Positions 14,601 to 25,374 of a DNA stretch of 64,000 nucleotides are shown in pieces (positions within the stretch are counted from its first letter, which is position 1; each line of letters opens with the position of its first letter). The position numbers and the translations under genes were made by a program. A model generated the notes under the pieces. The model was given only the letters and a program-made list of their open reading frames with translations, was not told where the DNA came from and ran no database searches. This stretch comes from Enoplolaimus lenunculus (lineage: Eukaryota), in assembly GCA_030248215.1 (NCBI GenBank), contig JASANG010003930.1, positions 124,001 through 188,000 of the forward strand. The letters run 5' to 3'.

Positions 14601-17600
14601 TTATTTAAATAATCCCACGAAACAAATTTTTTGAAAGTGCCGGATATCCGGATGACCAGCAGTTAGTCACAAGCTTAAGCCTAATCTTAAGCAAAAAGCC
14701 CGCGACAAAATGTCACATTATATACTTAAGTAATAACAGGGCAAAGAAGCCGTCTTTGCGACTATTTAAATTGCATTGCGTTTTGATATCATTACAGGTT
14801 TCACGGGTTCACAAGTATGCGCTAATTTAATTGCAAAACCTTCAACGCAGGTGATGGAAGCGGCTGGAAATGTGTTCTGTACATCATTTTTTCATGGTAT
14901 TTGCGAAACAGGTAAAAAAAGCGTTCAACAACAGTATGCCGAGCTATCTGATTGATTTTCAGCACTACAGCGGTAATAAAGTGAAAATTAATATTAGAAA
15001 ATACATCTTTAACTATTTTGTTTTGAGTTCACAGCTTCAGATTTGTAATCGCAAACCCGGAAATTGTTTGAGTTTACGGGTATAAGATGGGAGCGCTTAC
15101 ACGAAAACCATAGAAACAAGGTTAAATTACGTTAAAAAGTTTGGTACTGGTCAACCTTCCTGTTCTGGTACCGGCACTCGGATATTGTGGCCAGATAAGG
15201 AAAATAACATTGGTGCGTTTAGTATCAAAGCTGAAATTTACATTTAGGTATGCCATGCACAATGGATTGTCCACCTTTGACGGATCCGTTTTTGGGCAAT
15301 GTTTCTGTGAATGCGGTTCCTCTGGCAGGCGAAAGTGCAACGTATTCTTGTTATCAAGGAACACTGACAGGATCGACAACATTGAACTGTTTGGCAAACG
15401 GGACATGGGATGCATCTCCACCATATTGTTTGAGTAAGTAAAAGCATAAACTGGTTTTGAACTTCAAAATTTGTTGCAAAAATTATGCAACTTTGTAAAA
15501 CCCGAAGGCTCGTGAGATTCATTCACGAAAAAATATTGCGTGATACTGCTATTAAATCACATTGGCAAAATCGACATAGACAGCATCACAGCTATTATGC
15601 CTAAGCATGTGCAGATTTTATCATTTTTCGGTGGAAAGTGTGCAATTATATAGAAATTTTGGAATTAATCAGCTGCAAAATTACGCAGATGTTGCGGAAA
15701 ATATTGCGTAACCCAGTGAGAACGATAGAACTACCAACCCCTCTGAAAGGTCCCACCTGCATAGGGGGCGAACTCCTATGAACTCAACGAAGGTTCAGAT
15801 ATACACATATATAATTAACCATTTCTGATTGTTTCTATTTTAGGTTCAGATATACACATATATAATTAACCATTTCTGATTGTTTCTATCTTAGGTTCAG
15901 ATATATACATATATATTTAACCATTTCTGATTGTTTGTATCTTTTCAGACGCTTTAAAAATCGCTTTTAAATACGATATGACCCTCAAGGTTTCTATGCG
16001 TAATAACTTCTCTTTGGCACGCAGTAACAGTCGAGTCATAAATTTCAACCAACAAACTCCGTGGTCTGCCATTAAAAATTTGTTTACACGCCTAGCAACA
16101 AACACCGCAGACGAATTTTCACAAAATCTCAAATTAAACCAAATTTTAATCAATTAAAGTTCCACCCTTAAATGTCGGGGCCCATGTTACTTTAAGGGGC
16201 GTCCAGGTTTCTGGCGGGTCTATAAAAGAGTAGGTTTTCGATTCTAGATTTCATTTTTTGCTTAGGCTTAGGGTTAGGCTTAGACTTAGGCTTAGGAACA
16301 CATTTTTGCAACACTTAGGCTTAGGCTTAGGCTCAGGAATACGCGTTATTTGCTGTTACGTCCCTTAAAGTAACATTGGCCCATAAAAACCTCACTGGGG
16401 CTAACGATCTCTTTTAGTCGATTTGAAAAGAGCAATGTTTCAATCGAACTGTTTGACCTTTAATTCGGGAAATCATTAAAAGTCGTAGCACGAGACGTTG
16501 CAAGATTAAAAATAATTTAAAGTAACCGAACATTTAATATATATCTTGGCACTAAATAACGGTATTTTTAGCTACAACTACAACCACAACTACTACTACA
16601 ACGACTACAACTACAACTACAACTACAACCACTACCACCACCACCACAACTACTACAACCACAACAACTACAACCACAACCACAACAACAACAACTACTA
16701 CTACTACAACCACCACCACCACCACAACAACAACAACAACCACAACAACGACCACCACCACCACCACGACAACGACAACCACAATAACTACAACCACAAC
16801 TCCAACCACAACTACAACAACACCAGCGCCAACAACTACAACTACAACACCAGCACCAACAACAACAACAACAACACCAGCGCCAACAACTACAACTACA
16901 ACACCAGCACCAACAACAACAACAACTACACCAGCGCCAACAACTACAACTACAACACCAGCACCAACAACAACAACAACTACACCAGCACCACCAACTA
17001 CAACTACAACACCAGCAGCAACAACTACAACACCGGCAGCAACTACAACAACAACAGCTGCACCAACAACAACTACAGCTGCACCAACGACAACAGTAAC
17101 AACTGCAACCACTGCAAGTAAGTTTGCATTAATTCAGCGGCAGAACCAAAGAGTTTTGATGGATGCCTATAGAAAGGTATAATTGAAAAATTTTGGTCTT
17201 GCATATGTCCAATAGTGTTAATCGTAACTCTTAAAAGATAATGTAATACAGCGTGGTAGAAGCATGCAACTTGTGGCTGCTTTATATATTCTTTGCTCTG
17301 ATCGTTCTGCCTCTAGACGGTGTTGCACGACAATTATTTACATTTTGATATCCGTTGTTTTTCAACAAGGATCGACTCCACCCTTAGTTGTTGAAGTCGC
17401 TTGTTTGCGAGCCTAACTTTGTCGCCAGGAATATTTGCATACGAGCCAAAATGTAGAACAAACATGATTAAAAATACATTACAAATAAACTTGTGCACAA
17501 AGTTTGTTTATATAAATTAACTAGCGCTCAAGATTTGTTTCAACAATTAGTTTAAGCATTCGTCAATCATCTTGCGCATAATATAAATTCAACTGCAATT

Positions 17601-17899
17601 AAGGTTTAATTTGAATGTCTGATGTGATCTAGGGCACACCGCACAGTATGCTTTATGCGGGTCAGGGTTATAATAGTTGGAATATATTGAATTTTGCAGC
17701 AACACAACCAGCACAACAAGATGCTTGTGATTTGCCGAATCGAGGAGCTGTTTGGCCGTGCAAATGTTGGCACTGGGTCATGTGCGCATGCTTATGGTTC
17801 ACAATTATAGTATTCTTGTCGGTTGTAATAATAATAATTGTGTTGGGCGTTAAGTATTGGTTGAAATCGCGTAAAAATCGTCAAGCGCATCCAGGTTAA
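8570..17899 (+). CDS. Spliced gene (8 exons: 8570-8627, 10527-10550, 12649-12851, 13802-13958, 14798-14911, 15248-15433, 16572-17117, 17700-17899). ~495-aa type-I membrane C-type lectin/sushi/mucin-stalk protein
   Basis: All junctions are GT..AG and phases (1,1,0,1,1,1,1) join into one 1488-nt frame. Domain order: signal peptide MTIKQTIFVLLAVTVGIYKETEA, CTLD, CCP, Thr-rich stalk, TM, short basic tail. Weakest junction is the 13958 donor. Confidence 0.85.
9810..10195. mobile_element. ~380-bp dispersed element with (GGAAAC)-like subterminal repeats
   Basis: Homologous to 20976-21343, both ending ggaaacggaaacggatatctgg(c/t)tacaccctgg. Diverged or partial copies near 8143, 38660, 43600-43860, 54397-54725 and 59455. 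Confidence 0.8.
10527..10550 (+). CDS. Lectin gene exon 2: 24-nt micro-exon (ETEAQVAC), likely containing the signal cleavage site
   Basis: TTTTAG acceptor and GTAAGT donor, phase 1-1, in frame with exons 1 and 3. Confidence 0.7.
11919..12313. mobile_element. Probable hAT-type MITE with (CAGGAAC)-like subterminal repeats
   Basis: Ends cagggttccaac... / ...gttgaactctg; repeated caggaac/ccggaa motifs near both ends. Confidence 0.55.
12649..12851 (+). CDS. Lectin gene exon 3: N-terminal half of the C-type lectin domain
   Basis: STAASNCALKSPRNSYIVADQKCIFTAEQTNNDWYGNMAFCNMHGGHLANLDNQAEYDAVQTMVFQGV matches the CTLD pattern C..W..A..C...GGHLA.....E. GTAAGT donor. Confidence 0.9.
13802..13958 (+). 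CDS. Lectin gene exon 4: central CTLD (divergent WIGL region and long loop)
   Basis: TTTTAG acceptor, phase 0. PTTDPWMVYSINGLRGSADAQVMSSYKLM... The phase-1 donor (AA|GTACAT) is weak, so the exact end is uncertain. Confidence 0.7.
14798..14911 (+). CDS. Lectin gene exon 5: C-terminal CTLD
   Basis: FTGSQVCANLIAKPSTQVMEAAGNVFCTSFFHGICET gives the terminal C...C...ICE of a CTLD. TACAG acceptor, CAG|GTAAAA donor. Confidence 0.85.
15248..15433 (+). CDS. Lectin gene exon 6: sushi/CCP domain
   Basis: CPPLTDPFLGNVSVNAVPLAGESATYSCYQGTLTGSTTLNCLANGTWDASPPYC is a canonical CCP (C..P..G....YSC..G..L.G....C..NG.W....P.C). Phase 1-1. Confidence 0.92.
15791..15945. repeat. Intronic tandem repeat, 3 x 51 bp
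   Basis: aggttcagatatacacatatataattaaccatttctgattgtttctat... starts at 15791, 15842 and 15893. Confidence 0.9.
16178..16382. mobile_element. ~205-bp inverted-repeat element carrying internal TTAGGC arrays (subfamily A)
   Basis: Ends gggcccatgttactttaaggg / cccttaaagtaacattggccc with two internal (TTAGGC)n blocks. Inverted copy at 54963-55168. Confidence 0.85.
16572..17117 (+). CDS. Lectin gene exon 7: mucin-like stalk, poly-Thr then TTTTTTTPAP repeats
   Basis: TTTTTAG acceptor and GTAAGT donor, phase 1-1. The correct frame is ACN codons (Thr) with mixed third positions, followed by 30-nt repeats. Confidence 0.9.
17700..17899 (+). CDS. Lectin gene exon 8: Cys/Trp-rich juxtamembrane segment, TM helix and short cytoplasmic tail
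   Basis: TTTTGCAG acceptor; ...CDLPNRGAVWPCKCWHWVMCACLWFTIIVFLSVVIIIIVLGVKYWLKSRKNRQAHPG*. Confidence 0.88.
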
Positions 17900-18316
17900 A
17901 GTTTTAGGGTCGAAACAATTTTGGTAAACAACGAATTAAAATGTAGCAATTATTAATGCAAAACTTGACAAATTACTTGTTGCTAAAACATTACTAAACT
18001 TTGAAACTTATCTTGAATATAATATCGAACAACAATAACAGGGATACACGGTTTAAAAATAGCTAACTTTTTTAAGTTTACCAACATCAAAAATGGTACA
18101 TCTAAAATTCAACTTACACCAGGTAATAATTGTACATAGGAATATTTCAAAATAATTATTGGTGTAAAACATAAACCGCCGCATATTTCTAAGCCAAAGC
18201 CTAAGCGTAAAAAATAGTATTAAACTAAGCCTAATTTTAAGCAAAAAACTAGTCCATTGCGTAAATCCTGTTCAACGCCAGTCAAGCGGAAAAACGAGAC
18301 TCTACTAGCACTTTGC

Positions 18317-18364
18317 TTAGGCTTAGGCTTAGGCTTAGGCTTAGGCTTAGGCTTAGGCTTAGGC
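18317..18364 (+). repeat. Perfect interstitial nematode telomeric array (TTAGGC)8
   Basis: Eight exact TTAGGC units. Confidence 0.95.
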
Positions 18365-20429
18365 AATACGTGAGCTGCTGTGATTATCGTCGTGCCATCC
18401 GGTTGCAATTCTGTACACCCGGTTCAATTGTGATATATACTCTATGTGTTTGTTATGTGGTCTTCGTATTGCCTTGATCAAACATTCCGGTTGAGTTGTC
18501 TTATTATTGCGTTATACTTTTAATTATTTTATTTGCATGTATTTAACCAAATGCTAGTACTAAATGAGAAAAATTCCTCAAGGGCGCTGTTTAAGAAACC
18601 CGACATATTAACGAATCATACGATGGTCTTCTTTTTGAACAGCATTAGGATGGCGCCATACTCTGACTTATTTAAACCGTCCGACGTTGTCCGACATCGT
18701 CCTACGCCGTACTTCACCATACGACAAGCACATCGACACCCTAATGCGTTGACGAAATCAATAAAAATTTAGGCTCAAAATCAATTACAGCCGCATTTAC
18801 TTGAACCAATTTCGGGCCAAAAGGTACCAGCAAAATGCCATAGGAATGACATATGACGACAAATACAGCCAGTGAAACACAGATTTGTTTAAAATGGGTG
18901 TTGTTTTCGGGTACTACATTTTGTCTAATTTAAATGCGTTACGGCGTCGTCCGGTAACGTACGGAATCTTACGGTATCGTACGAAGCGCACAAATACTAT
19001 TCACGCCATTTAGGTATTTTAAATAGGCCGAAAAATGATTTATCACTTGATTATTGAAACAATACAAAAAGTAATATCACTTATCTGGTATTTTATAACG
19101 ACGGTATGACTTGTGCCATACTTCTGGTACGTTGTTTAAATAGTTCTGTTTTATGTATTTTATTGGCGGTTACATTGTTTTACGTTCCTGCACCAATGCA
19201 CTACTGTTATTTGCATATTCTATGCTATACAAATATGAAATACTCTTACCTTGAATAAAGGCTGTGCAGTGATTTTATTTAGTATAATATTTTGCATGAA
19301 TCTACGCTAATTCATCAGCCGACAATTTATCGCCCAATGGTGTCCTAATCCTAAAACCTATGAATAAATTAAAACATAATCCTAAGCGTGTTTATAAGCC
19401 GACGCCTAAGCATAGTGATGAGCGACGAATGGTCGAGTCGATAAAATTTCGGATTACAACTAGTCGTGCAGGAGTTGTCGGGCGGCGAATTGTCGTGATA
19501 TCAATTTGAATAAGGCCTATGTTGAGGTATATTCAGGAACTTAATTGCTAAATGTATTTTCCTTTTACCCAGCACGATAAAGTCAGTCCATTTTCGAATT
19601 GAAGTTCTGCATGAAAGTATACCGCTATAAATGTTTCAAGAACTCCGTGCGTATATTGTGATTATACGATCTTAACTAAAATAATTTAGTACAAACAAGA
19701 ACGTTTTAATTATAGATGGGCACCGGATATCCAGATACGAGAAATAACCGAAAAAAACGTGTATGCTGTTGTGTAAAAAATTTGGAATAATTTGCATTGT
19801 TTCACCATTAATGTAGCTCGAACTGACGAAAAGAAATTCTGTACATTCCTGCATAATTCTATAATGATTTAAAATTTTGATTTATTAAAACATGCCAAAG
19901 TTAAAAACTTCAGTTTAACTTGATATTTATCGGAATGATGAGTTCATATTTTTAAATAATCTCAAAATTTAACCCAATGAAAAATTTGCATCGACTACGC
20001 ACCGTCAAGTACTAAATTTATTACCTTTGCAAGAAAAAAATTTAATCATATACATATACCAAGTCGTGTCGCGAAATTAAATCCTTGGCGTCATTTTAAT
20101 TTCTGATCGCTCTTGATTAAATACGACGCCAAGCCTAACCGAGTATGATGCTAATTAGTAAAAGTGTTTGCAAATCTGGCACTCTGTAAAGGGCACATTT
20201 GAATATATCCCATGGCACAGAACCCAAGAGCCCATAAGTATTGAATTAAAACACCCCACGCTAGACGGCTTTCTTTTCATACAACAAAACAGTCCAAAAG
20301 CACTTTATCTGCTATTCTAACTGTCTGAACAATGAACAGCTTATTGTGGGGGTTGGGGGCAACAACTCCATCCTGCTTAGCAGAAAATTTATTCAAAAAG
20401 TTTATTTGTTATAGAAAAAGTTTCCTCCT

Positions 20430-20660
20430 ACAAATTATGTGCGCTAAACCAGTCTTCAAACGCAAAAAATGACGCAATTCAACTCAGCGCGTCGCATTTA
20501 CGCAGTAATATACATGAAAAAATACAGATTTCTGAACTGCTGAAAATACATTTCTGGTTCCCTTGTAGTCCACATAGTATCACAAAAAGTGAAAGTATAT
20601 ATTCATATTCAAGTCTTAAGATATTAAAATTTAATTGAAATTATCAGGGGAGGTTATGAG
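20430..20660. repeat. Dispersed repeat, inverted copy at ~50600-50830
   Basis: cagtaatatacatgaaaaaa...gatttctgaactg...aaagtgaaagtatatattca is the reverse complement of tgaatatatactttcacttt...cagttcagaaatc...ttttttcatgtatattactg. Confidence 0.7.
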
Positions 20661-20975
20661 AAGTCAAATCGGCATTCTGTTCCGATATATTAAAGACTAC
20701 AACGGGTCCTGAAGTTTTAGACAAATATTTTAACAAAATAACCAAAACATAGTCCGAAGTTTAAGCCTCCTCAGCGTAATAAACAAGTCTAATACCAAGC
20801 TTAACCTAAGCCCAAGCAAAAAAATCGTCTTACAGTTAAGCTTAGTCTATTTCGGTCTAGTGACCTTACATTTTTTCTTCAAGAAGTTTTTTGTGATAAA
20901 TTGATAAGGTCCCCCCACCTTACAACTTTATCCCCCTCAACAACTTTTTTTGCAAAAAATATATGGACCCTACAT

Positions 20976-21343
20976 GGGTGTAAACGAATAGCAAAAATAA
21001 CGGAAGCGGGAACGGAAACGGATAGTGGTCAAAAAACGGAAACGGAAACGGATATTGAAGTATAAAACTTACAAAGATGCTTTGTTTTTCTGCGAACACA
21101 AATAGCGGTTTGCAAATATTTATCGGGCTTTTTGCTTTTTAAACAGAGGGCTTTGGATTTTGTAACATTTATTTCAATACGAATAATTGCAGCATATCTG
21201 TAACGAAAAACTGCCGAATATACACGTGATTTATTACACATTTTTAAGGTAAAAATAACAGAATTTCCATTATTTCTATAACGGAGACGGAAACGGATAC
21301 CGATTTTGCCGGAAACGGAAACGGATATCTGGTTACACCCTGG
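20976..21343. mobile_element. GGAAAC-family element, full-length copy
   Basis: Ends gggtgtaaac... / ...ggttacaccc form short TIRs; internal similarity to 9810-10195. Confidence 0.8.
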
Positions 21344-21809
21344 TTTCTACATTGCAATTTTCCCCTCACAAAATGTTTTGGTGAAAGTTTTGCTTCAAAA
21401 CATTTACTAGCCTGCCCCCGTCAGAAATATCTGGATAGGCCGATGAAAGCGAGGCACTGCTAAAAGTAACACGGACATATGTTTGTACCATTTAGCGCAA
21501 GTATATTTTAATGTGATTGTTTCTTCGTGGATCGTAAAACGACTCATGTATCTATAGTTCAAGGGAAGGGTGAGATTCGATAGAATAGGAGACACACGAA
21601 ATCAACTCAATTTCAGGTGATCGACGCAATTATTGATTAGTTAGCAGCAATCAAACAAACGCAAAACCGAGTTTCGGATATCTGAAATAGAAAATTTAAT
21701 TTCAGATTACCGGATAAATATCCTGCAATAACTGCCGGGTATCCGGATATAAAATAGGTTTGATTCACTAATGATGATCACAAATCTTCAAGTAGTTTTA
21801 CCGGAGGTT

Positions 21810-22244
21810 CTGTATTGTGACCCGAAAAAGAGGGAAGGGTAATTACGAGGGGTTCCTATTTTGAGACTCAATCAATAGAAGTCCGTATCACTAATTAGAG
21901 TCCGTAAGCGGATAGAGTCCCTTAACCATAATTAGAATCCGTTGTTGCCAATGATTCCAAATTGTAGTGCGTAAATAACTCCAGCACCAAATACAGCTGA
22001 GTTCGAAAGTTTAAAGCATGCTTAAATTTTGAAAGTACATTCCTAAGTATAATCTTACATTGTCGCTAAAGGTTTTGACACGTGACAAATAAACGCTTAA
22101 TTCAACGGATAGTTGCAATGCCGTATATATCAGGAACAAAGGGCGGGTTAAAAATAAATAACAGTCTGTAAATCAAATAACAGGGGGAACCCTCTTGAGA
22201 GGCCAAATAAATATCATTTCCCTCTATTATTCGGGTCACTACAG
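21810..22244. mobile_element. ~435-bp Tc1/mariner-type MITE (TIR consensus CTGTAGTGACCCGAATAA)
   Basis: ctgtattgtgacccgaa... / ...ttattcgggtcactacag-ta. Internal sequence shared with 62605-63043, ~10885-11215, ~13290-13650 and ~44100-44445. Confidence 0.8.
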
Positions 22245-23807
22245 TAGTTGTAATGTGCAATATTATAAAGTGTTCCATTTTTTACTGAATGGTTTGTTTT
22301 CAAAGTTACTAATAAAAAGTTTTTTGTGACGTAAAACGAGTGAGTAACATCTATGCACTGTAAAATTATACAACTGAGTAATAAAAATAAAGGCGGGTAG
22401 TGGGTAAAGGAATTTTGCGTGGGTATACCAGCGGTAAAAATATAAAAGTTAAGCGGGTCAAGCGCAGGGCGGGTAAAATATTTATAACCACTTACACCTC
22501 TGAAAACTATGTTGCGATGTTCCAAAACCTAAAAATATATCAATCAATATATGCGGTAAACAACACTGCTCAGTAAACAGAAAACTATCATAAAATTTGA
22601 CTTCAAACAGTTTAGCTCTAATGGTTTTTTCAATCTGTTATATATATCTACAATAACAATTTGAAAAAAATTTGTTCTATCTATGCGAAGCCAGAAGGGT
22701 CGTCAATTTATTGGGCAGGAGTGTGCTACTAGGGTTCAGTGGAGAAAATTTTAAATAAGCAGCTGGAGCTTCAAGGTATAGATCAGAGGCGGAGCGTTAT
22801 TCTGCGGGACTGCCATAGAGTAAGCTTAAGCTCAAGATACATTTCTTGCTTAGGCTTAGACTTAGGCTTAGGTATAACCTCATTCTTACGTTTACGCTTA
22901 GGGTTAGGAATTATACTACTGTTACGGTTCTGTTTTATACATTGGCCCTCGCCAGTGAACATGTATAATACTACTTTTTTACTAAAGATTATCATGATTG
23001 ACTAGATCCACCTTAGTCTAATATCAAACTTTCAGGTTTAGTAATAGAAAAAACTAACTTCCAAATTTGCATAGCCACGCATCAAAAACAGACAGTGTTT
23101 ATATGCAAAAATAATAGAAGGTATTTGCCTCGAACGAGTCTCGCTTGCCAAATTAAATTTTTTATTGTTAACCAATCTGTTTTATATTAGAAGACTTATC
23201 GCTAATTGCTAAAAAATGCTATGTAACTTCTAAACAGGTCAAATATCGTTCGCAATTAATTCAACCTTTCCCTCATACAGAACTGTAATAGCGGCACTGT
23301 ATAAATTGTGTATACGAATTATAAATTTTCCATGAGACATGAAGGCGGCCACAATAGGGTTAGAATGGTAAAGATGTTCCGAACTTGAAACACAGATCGC
23401 AGTTGAAATTGTTTCAATTGATTCGGGAAGGGTTGTGAGTCTCACCCGCATTACTTGTGTTTCACCTTTGCCTGAATTTTGTTCGTTTTATGAAACATTA
23501 CAATTATTACATTTTGTATATGTTATTTAACATCTATTCAATTTTCACAACATCAGAGTATGACCAGTCAATTTTTTTGTACTAATAGGTAAACGTCATA
23601 TGTACTCTGGAGAGAGTACAACACCAGCCGATTCCTGTGCAGTATGCCTAAACCTAAGCATAAGCCTTCGTTTAAACCCTTGTCCAACCCTACGCCTGAA
23701 TACAAGTCTTAAATTTAAATGTTGAGAAAAGTGCACAAGAGCCCAAGAGTCTGCCGTTGATGACAAGTTGCTGAACTGTCGGACTACATAAAACCTGGTT
23801 TTCAATA

Positions 23808-24023
23808 CTGTAGCGACCCGAATAAAAGAAGGCAATGAGAGTGATGACCTTTTTAAGTACTGATCAATAGTAGACTGTATCCCTAGCAAAGTCTGTCAGC
23901 GGATAGGGTCCATATGTCCAAATTATAGCCCCCAACACAGAGACCAAAGCAGAATTTCCTAATAACAGAATAGTCTGAAGCGGCAAAATAAGTACCAGTC
24001 CCCTGTTATTCGAGTCACTACAG
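23808..24023. mobile_element. Short MITE with the same TIR family and a TA target-site duplication
   Basis: ta-ctgtagcgacccgaataa ... ttattcgagtcactacag-ta. Confidence 0.8.
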
Positions 24024-24960
24024 TATTTCACAAAATTGTTCCTAATATACCAGTTATAAGATTGAAAACTTTCAACACGCTTGAAAACGTATCGGTGCTT
24101 CATACATTACTGAACACAAGCAAGAAAATGAACAGTTCTACTAAACCTAAGTCCGGTAAAGAATGGCGTGATAATTCATTATTGCGTAGAACACGAATTG
24201 CAGCCATGATATATACAAGACATGGTTTACCTTCTGTCAAATATGGTTCGTAATTAGAACACACAGGGCCGTAAAAGCCACCCCCATACCCCCCATGTGG
24301 GATGCCCCATTCCTGAATAGGCCACCACCTTAGCCGGTTGAAAGAAAAACCGCCGAAGTTTTAAAATGCGTCCGGTTTCTCGCTCGTTTCGCTCGCGAGT
24401 TTGTGGCCCCCACTCTCAAGTTTGGGAGAAGCCAGTAGCCCTGTCTGCTCCGGCACCGAGAACAAATTACTCATATACTACAAACGAAACATAACTAGCT
24501 AAAATTTACGAAGAAACGAACAAACGAAGAAATCAATTCGCATCAATAATTGTTTATAAAATTTACGATTCTGTGTAGACACCTGGGATTGTATTTTCAA
24601 CTACATATGGCAGAATTACTCTGACTAGTAATATATGGATCTTAAAATAGTGGTTCACCAGTGAATTAAAGTCTATGAAAATTTATTAAGGACATTGTTC
24701 GTGAGCTACATAGCTACAGTACAAAGTTCGACAAAGTATTTTTTGCTTGGGTACGTTTCGGAGTGAGACTGCCAGATCGAAATAGACCCCCCACAGAAAC
24801 CGTGGTTCCTAACAAGAATAAAAACCAAAATTTTGTGTTGAGATTTTAGTACTAAAATTGCGTTTGGTTATGCTTATGAGTTTAGACAGATACTGCGTTT
24901 GTAACAATTAAATGCCTCGCAAACTTTAAAAACTTTCAAACTATAAAATGGTTCAAAATT

Positions 24961-25140
24961 GGGCCCATGTATAGCTGACGAAAGACCGTTTTTTCCGCAG
25001 GACTCCAATAGAGTACGCTTAAGCTTTAGATTATTTTTGCTCTTGCTTTGGATATAAGGTTACTCATACGCTGAAACTCTGAATTTAGGCTTAGTGTTAG
25101 GAATATGCATATACTACTGTGATGGCCTTCAGTTATACAA
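24961..25140. mobile_element. Diverged copy of the GGGCCCATGT/TTAGGC element family
   Basis: gggcccatgtatagctga ... ttaggcttag ... aggaatatgcatatactactgt ... tcagttatacaatg. Confidence 0.65.
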
Positions 25141-25206
25141 TGAGAAAGTTGATCAACAACTACACTGCTTATAAATCTGAAATTTTTAATGAAAAAAAAT
25201 CGAATC

Positions 25207-25374
25207 TCAAAATTCATCCTTTCTTCGTCGTCTGTGTCGTCGATTGTGTCGCAGTCGTCGCTCACGAGTAGCAGAACTGCTACTACTGCTGCTGTTGCTG
25301 GTGCTCAGACTAAGCAACACTTTTTCGTTGAGATCGGTCAGTATATCCATAGTTTTTTTCAGATAACTATTGGT
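25207..25374 (-). CDS. jeb: Jeb-like exon 3: amphipathic helix and basic C-terminal tail
   Basis: TTTCAG acceptor, phase 0; TNSYLKKTMDILTDLNEKVLLSLSTSNSSSSSSATRERRLRHNRRHRRRRKDEF*. Confidence 0.8.
   Translation of the reverse strand, partial: TNSYLKKTMDILTDLNEKVLLSLSTSNSSSSSSSATRERRLRHNRRHRRRRKDEF

Noticed and set aside
15791..15945. CRISPR-like array here or at 40795-41077
   Set aside because: The DNA is eukaryotic, the units are contiguous with no unique spacers, and there are no cas genes.
16546..17121. Asn/Tyr/His-rich (+) and poly-Val (-) ORFs
   Set aside because: They are shadow frames of the poly-Thr exon; splice phases select the ACN frame.
18317..18364. True chromosome end or telomere fusion
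   Set aside because: The array is only 48 bp, has ordinary sequence on both sides, and similar short arrays recur inside dispersed elements.
18220..18408. PKPKPK, LGLGLG and LSLSLS ORFs here and at 2571, 3824, 22739 and 58947 (3' part)
   Set aside because: They are translations of TTAGGC/GCCTAA repeats.
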